In this document: positions 60,141 to 60,776 of the stretch, in pieces
Position numbering within the stretch: the stretch's first letter is position 1
How the letters are laid out: each line of letters begins with the position of its first letter
NCBI GenBank assembly: GCA_964388035.1
Contig: CAYLZE010000017.1
Location: forward strand, 1 to 60,776
Reading direction: 5' to 3'
Length of the DNA: 60,776 nt
Source: an uncultured archaeon
GTDB lineage: Archaea > Asgardarchaeota > Lokiarchaeia > Sigyniarchaeales > SOKP01
The notes under the pieces: model-generated
Told to the model about the DNA's origin: nothing
The model's database searches: none
What the model saw: the letters and a program-made list of their open reading frames with translations, nothing else
Program-made: the position numbers and the translations under genes

Positions 60141-60776
60141 CTAAAATTGAAGAGGATATTCTCCGTATTTTTTGGTTGCTTCAATCATCCATCTAATTCG
60201 CTCTATGGACATGGCAGGATGGGAATTTGAAGGCGATAAAATGTATCCTCCTCCGGGACCCAATGATTTTATTGCGTGTTTCACTGCATCCTCGACTTCT
60301 TTTTTAGTACCTCGTACCAAAACGTGAGAAGTATCGATATTTCCTAATAAACAAACCTTATCCCCCACCTTTTTTTTCACGAGGTCCAAATCAACGTAAG
60401 GAGGTTCTAAGCAATGGATGGCATCAAATCCTGCATCCACGATAAAATCCAAGAGAGAAGTAATATCCCCGTCAGAATGAAATATAATTTTTCCTCCAAA
60501 ACCATGTACTGCTTCCGTGAGTTCCTTCATGTGGGGGAGAACATATTGAGCTATGTATTTAGGATTAATTAATGGTCCGCTTTTAAAGGCTATATCTGCT
60601 CCTTCGAAAAAGACCTTGGCTCCCAATTCGGAATACGTTTTGAAAAGATTGATAACTATCTCTGTTGTCATTTCAAAGCGTTCCTCTACCAATTTGGGAT
60701 CATATTTCAGGGCTTTAGCGAAATTACTCATTCCCATTCCCTGCCAAACGGGAGGAAATACGGAGGTGAAATCATC
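60141..60776 (-). CDS. Uroporphyrinogen decarboxylase / MtaA-like family protein, C-terminal part (5' end outside window)
   Basis: FHSDG, LLGNID and GGGYILS...H motifs; frame open to window end. Confidence 0.87.
   Translation of the reverse strand, partial: DDFTSVFPPVWQGMGMSNFAKALKYDPKLVEERFEMTTEIVINLFKTYSELGAKVFFEGADIAFKSGPLINPKYIAQYVLPHMKELTEAVHGFGGKIIFHSDGDITSLLDFIVDAGFDAIHCLEPPYVDLDLVKKKVGDKVCLLGNIDTSHVLVRGTKKEVEDAVKHAIKSLGPGGGYILSPSNSHPAMSIERIRWMIEATKKYGEYPLQF

Noticed and set aside
1-60776. CRISPR array, rRNA, integrase/transposase, prophage
   Set aside because: No regularly spaced repeats, rRNA-like GC-rich tracts or recombinase motifs were seen by eye.

Overview
Low-GC archaeal chromosomal DNA, most likely Asgard (Lokiarchaeia/Promethearchaeia-like). 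The archaeal assignment rests on an archaeal-type GluRS, a TFB paralogue and tRNA introns with bulge-helix motifs. The Asgard call is an inference from gene-family style: expanded GPH-type MFS transporters, C45 peptidases, stand-alone 7TM proteins and zinc-ribbon proteins. The window holds about 48 CDSs, two intron-containing tRNA-Arg genes and one GH20 pseudogene. No CRISPR array, rRNA, integrase or transposase was seen. Highlights: (1) two convergent tRNA-Arg genes (CCG and GCG), each with a non-canonical intron (58/59 and 39/40), are preceded by a 42/44-identical inverted 44-bp element, and this unit brackets a P-type H+-ATPase plus a start-less 105-codon frame; (2) an AT-rich amide/peptide-catabolic block (about 33-50 kb) holds three C45 Ntn-hydrolases, M28/M29 peptidases, a beta-lactamase-fold serine hydrolase fused to a winged-HTH regulator and a shared upstream motif, and is bracketed by two atypical M19 dipeptidases; (3) two uncharacterised sugar/amino-sugar operons, one with a dehydrogenase-lactonase fusion; (4) two intact genes that appear to start at ATA or ATC.
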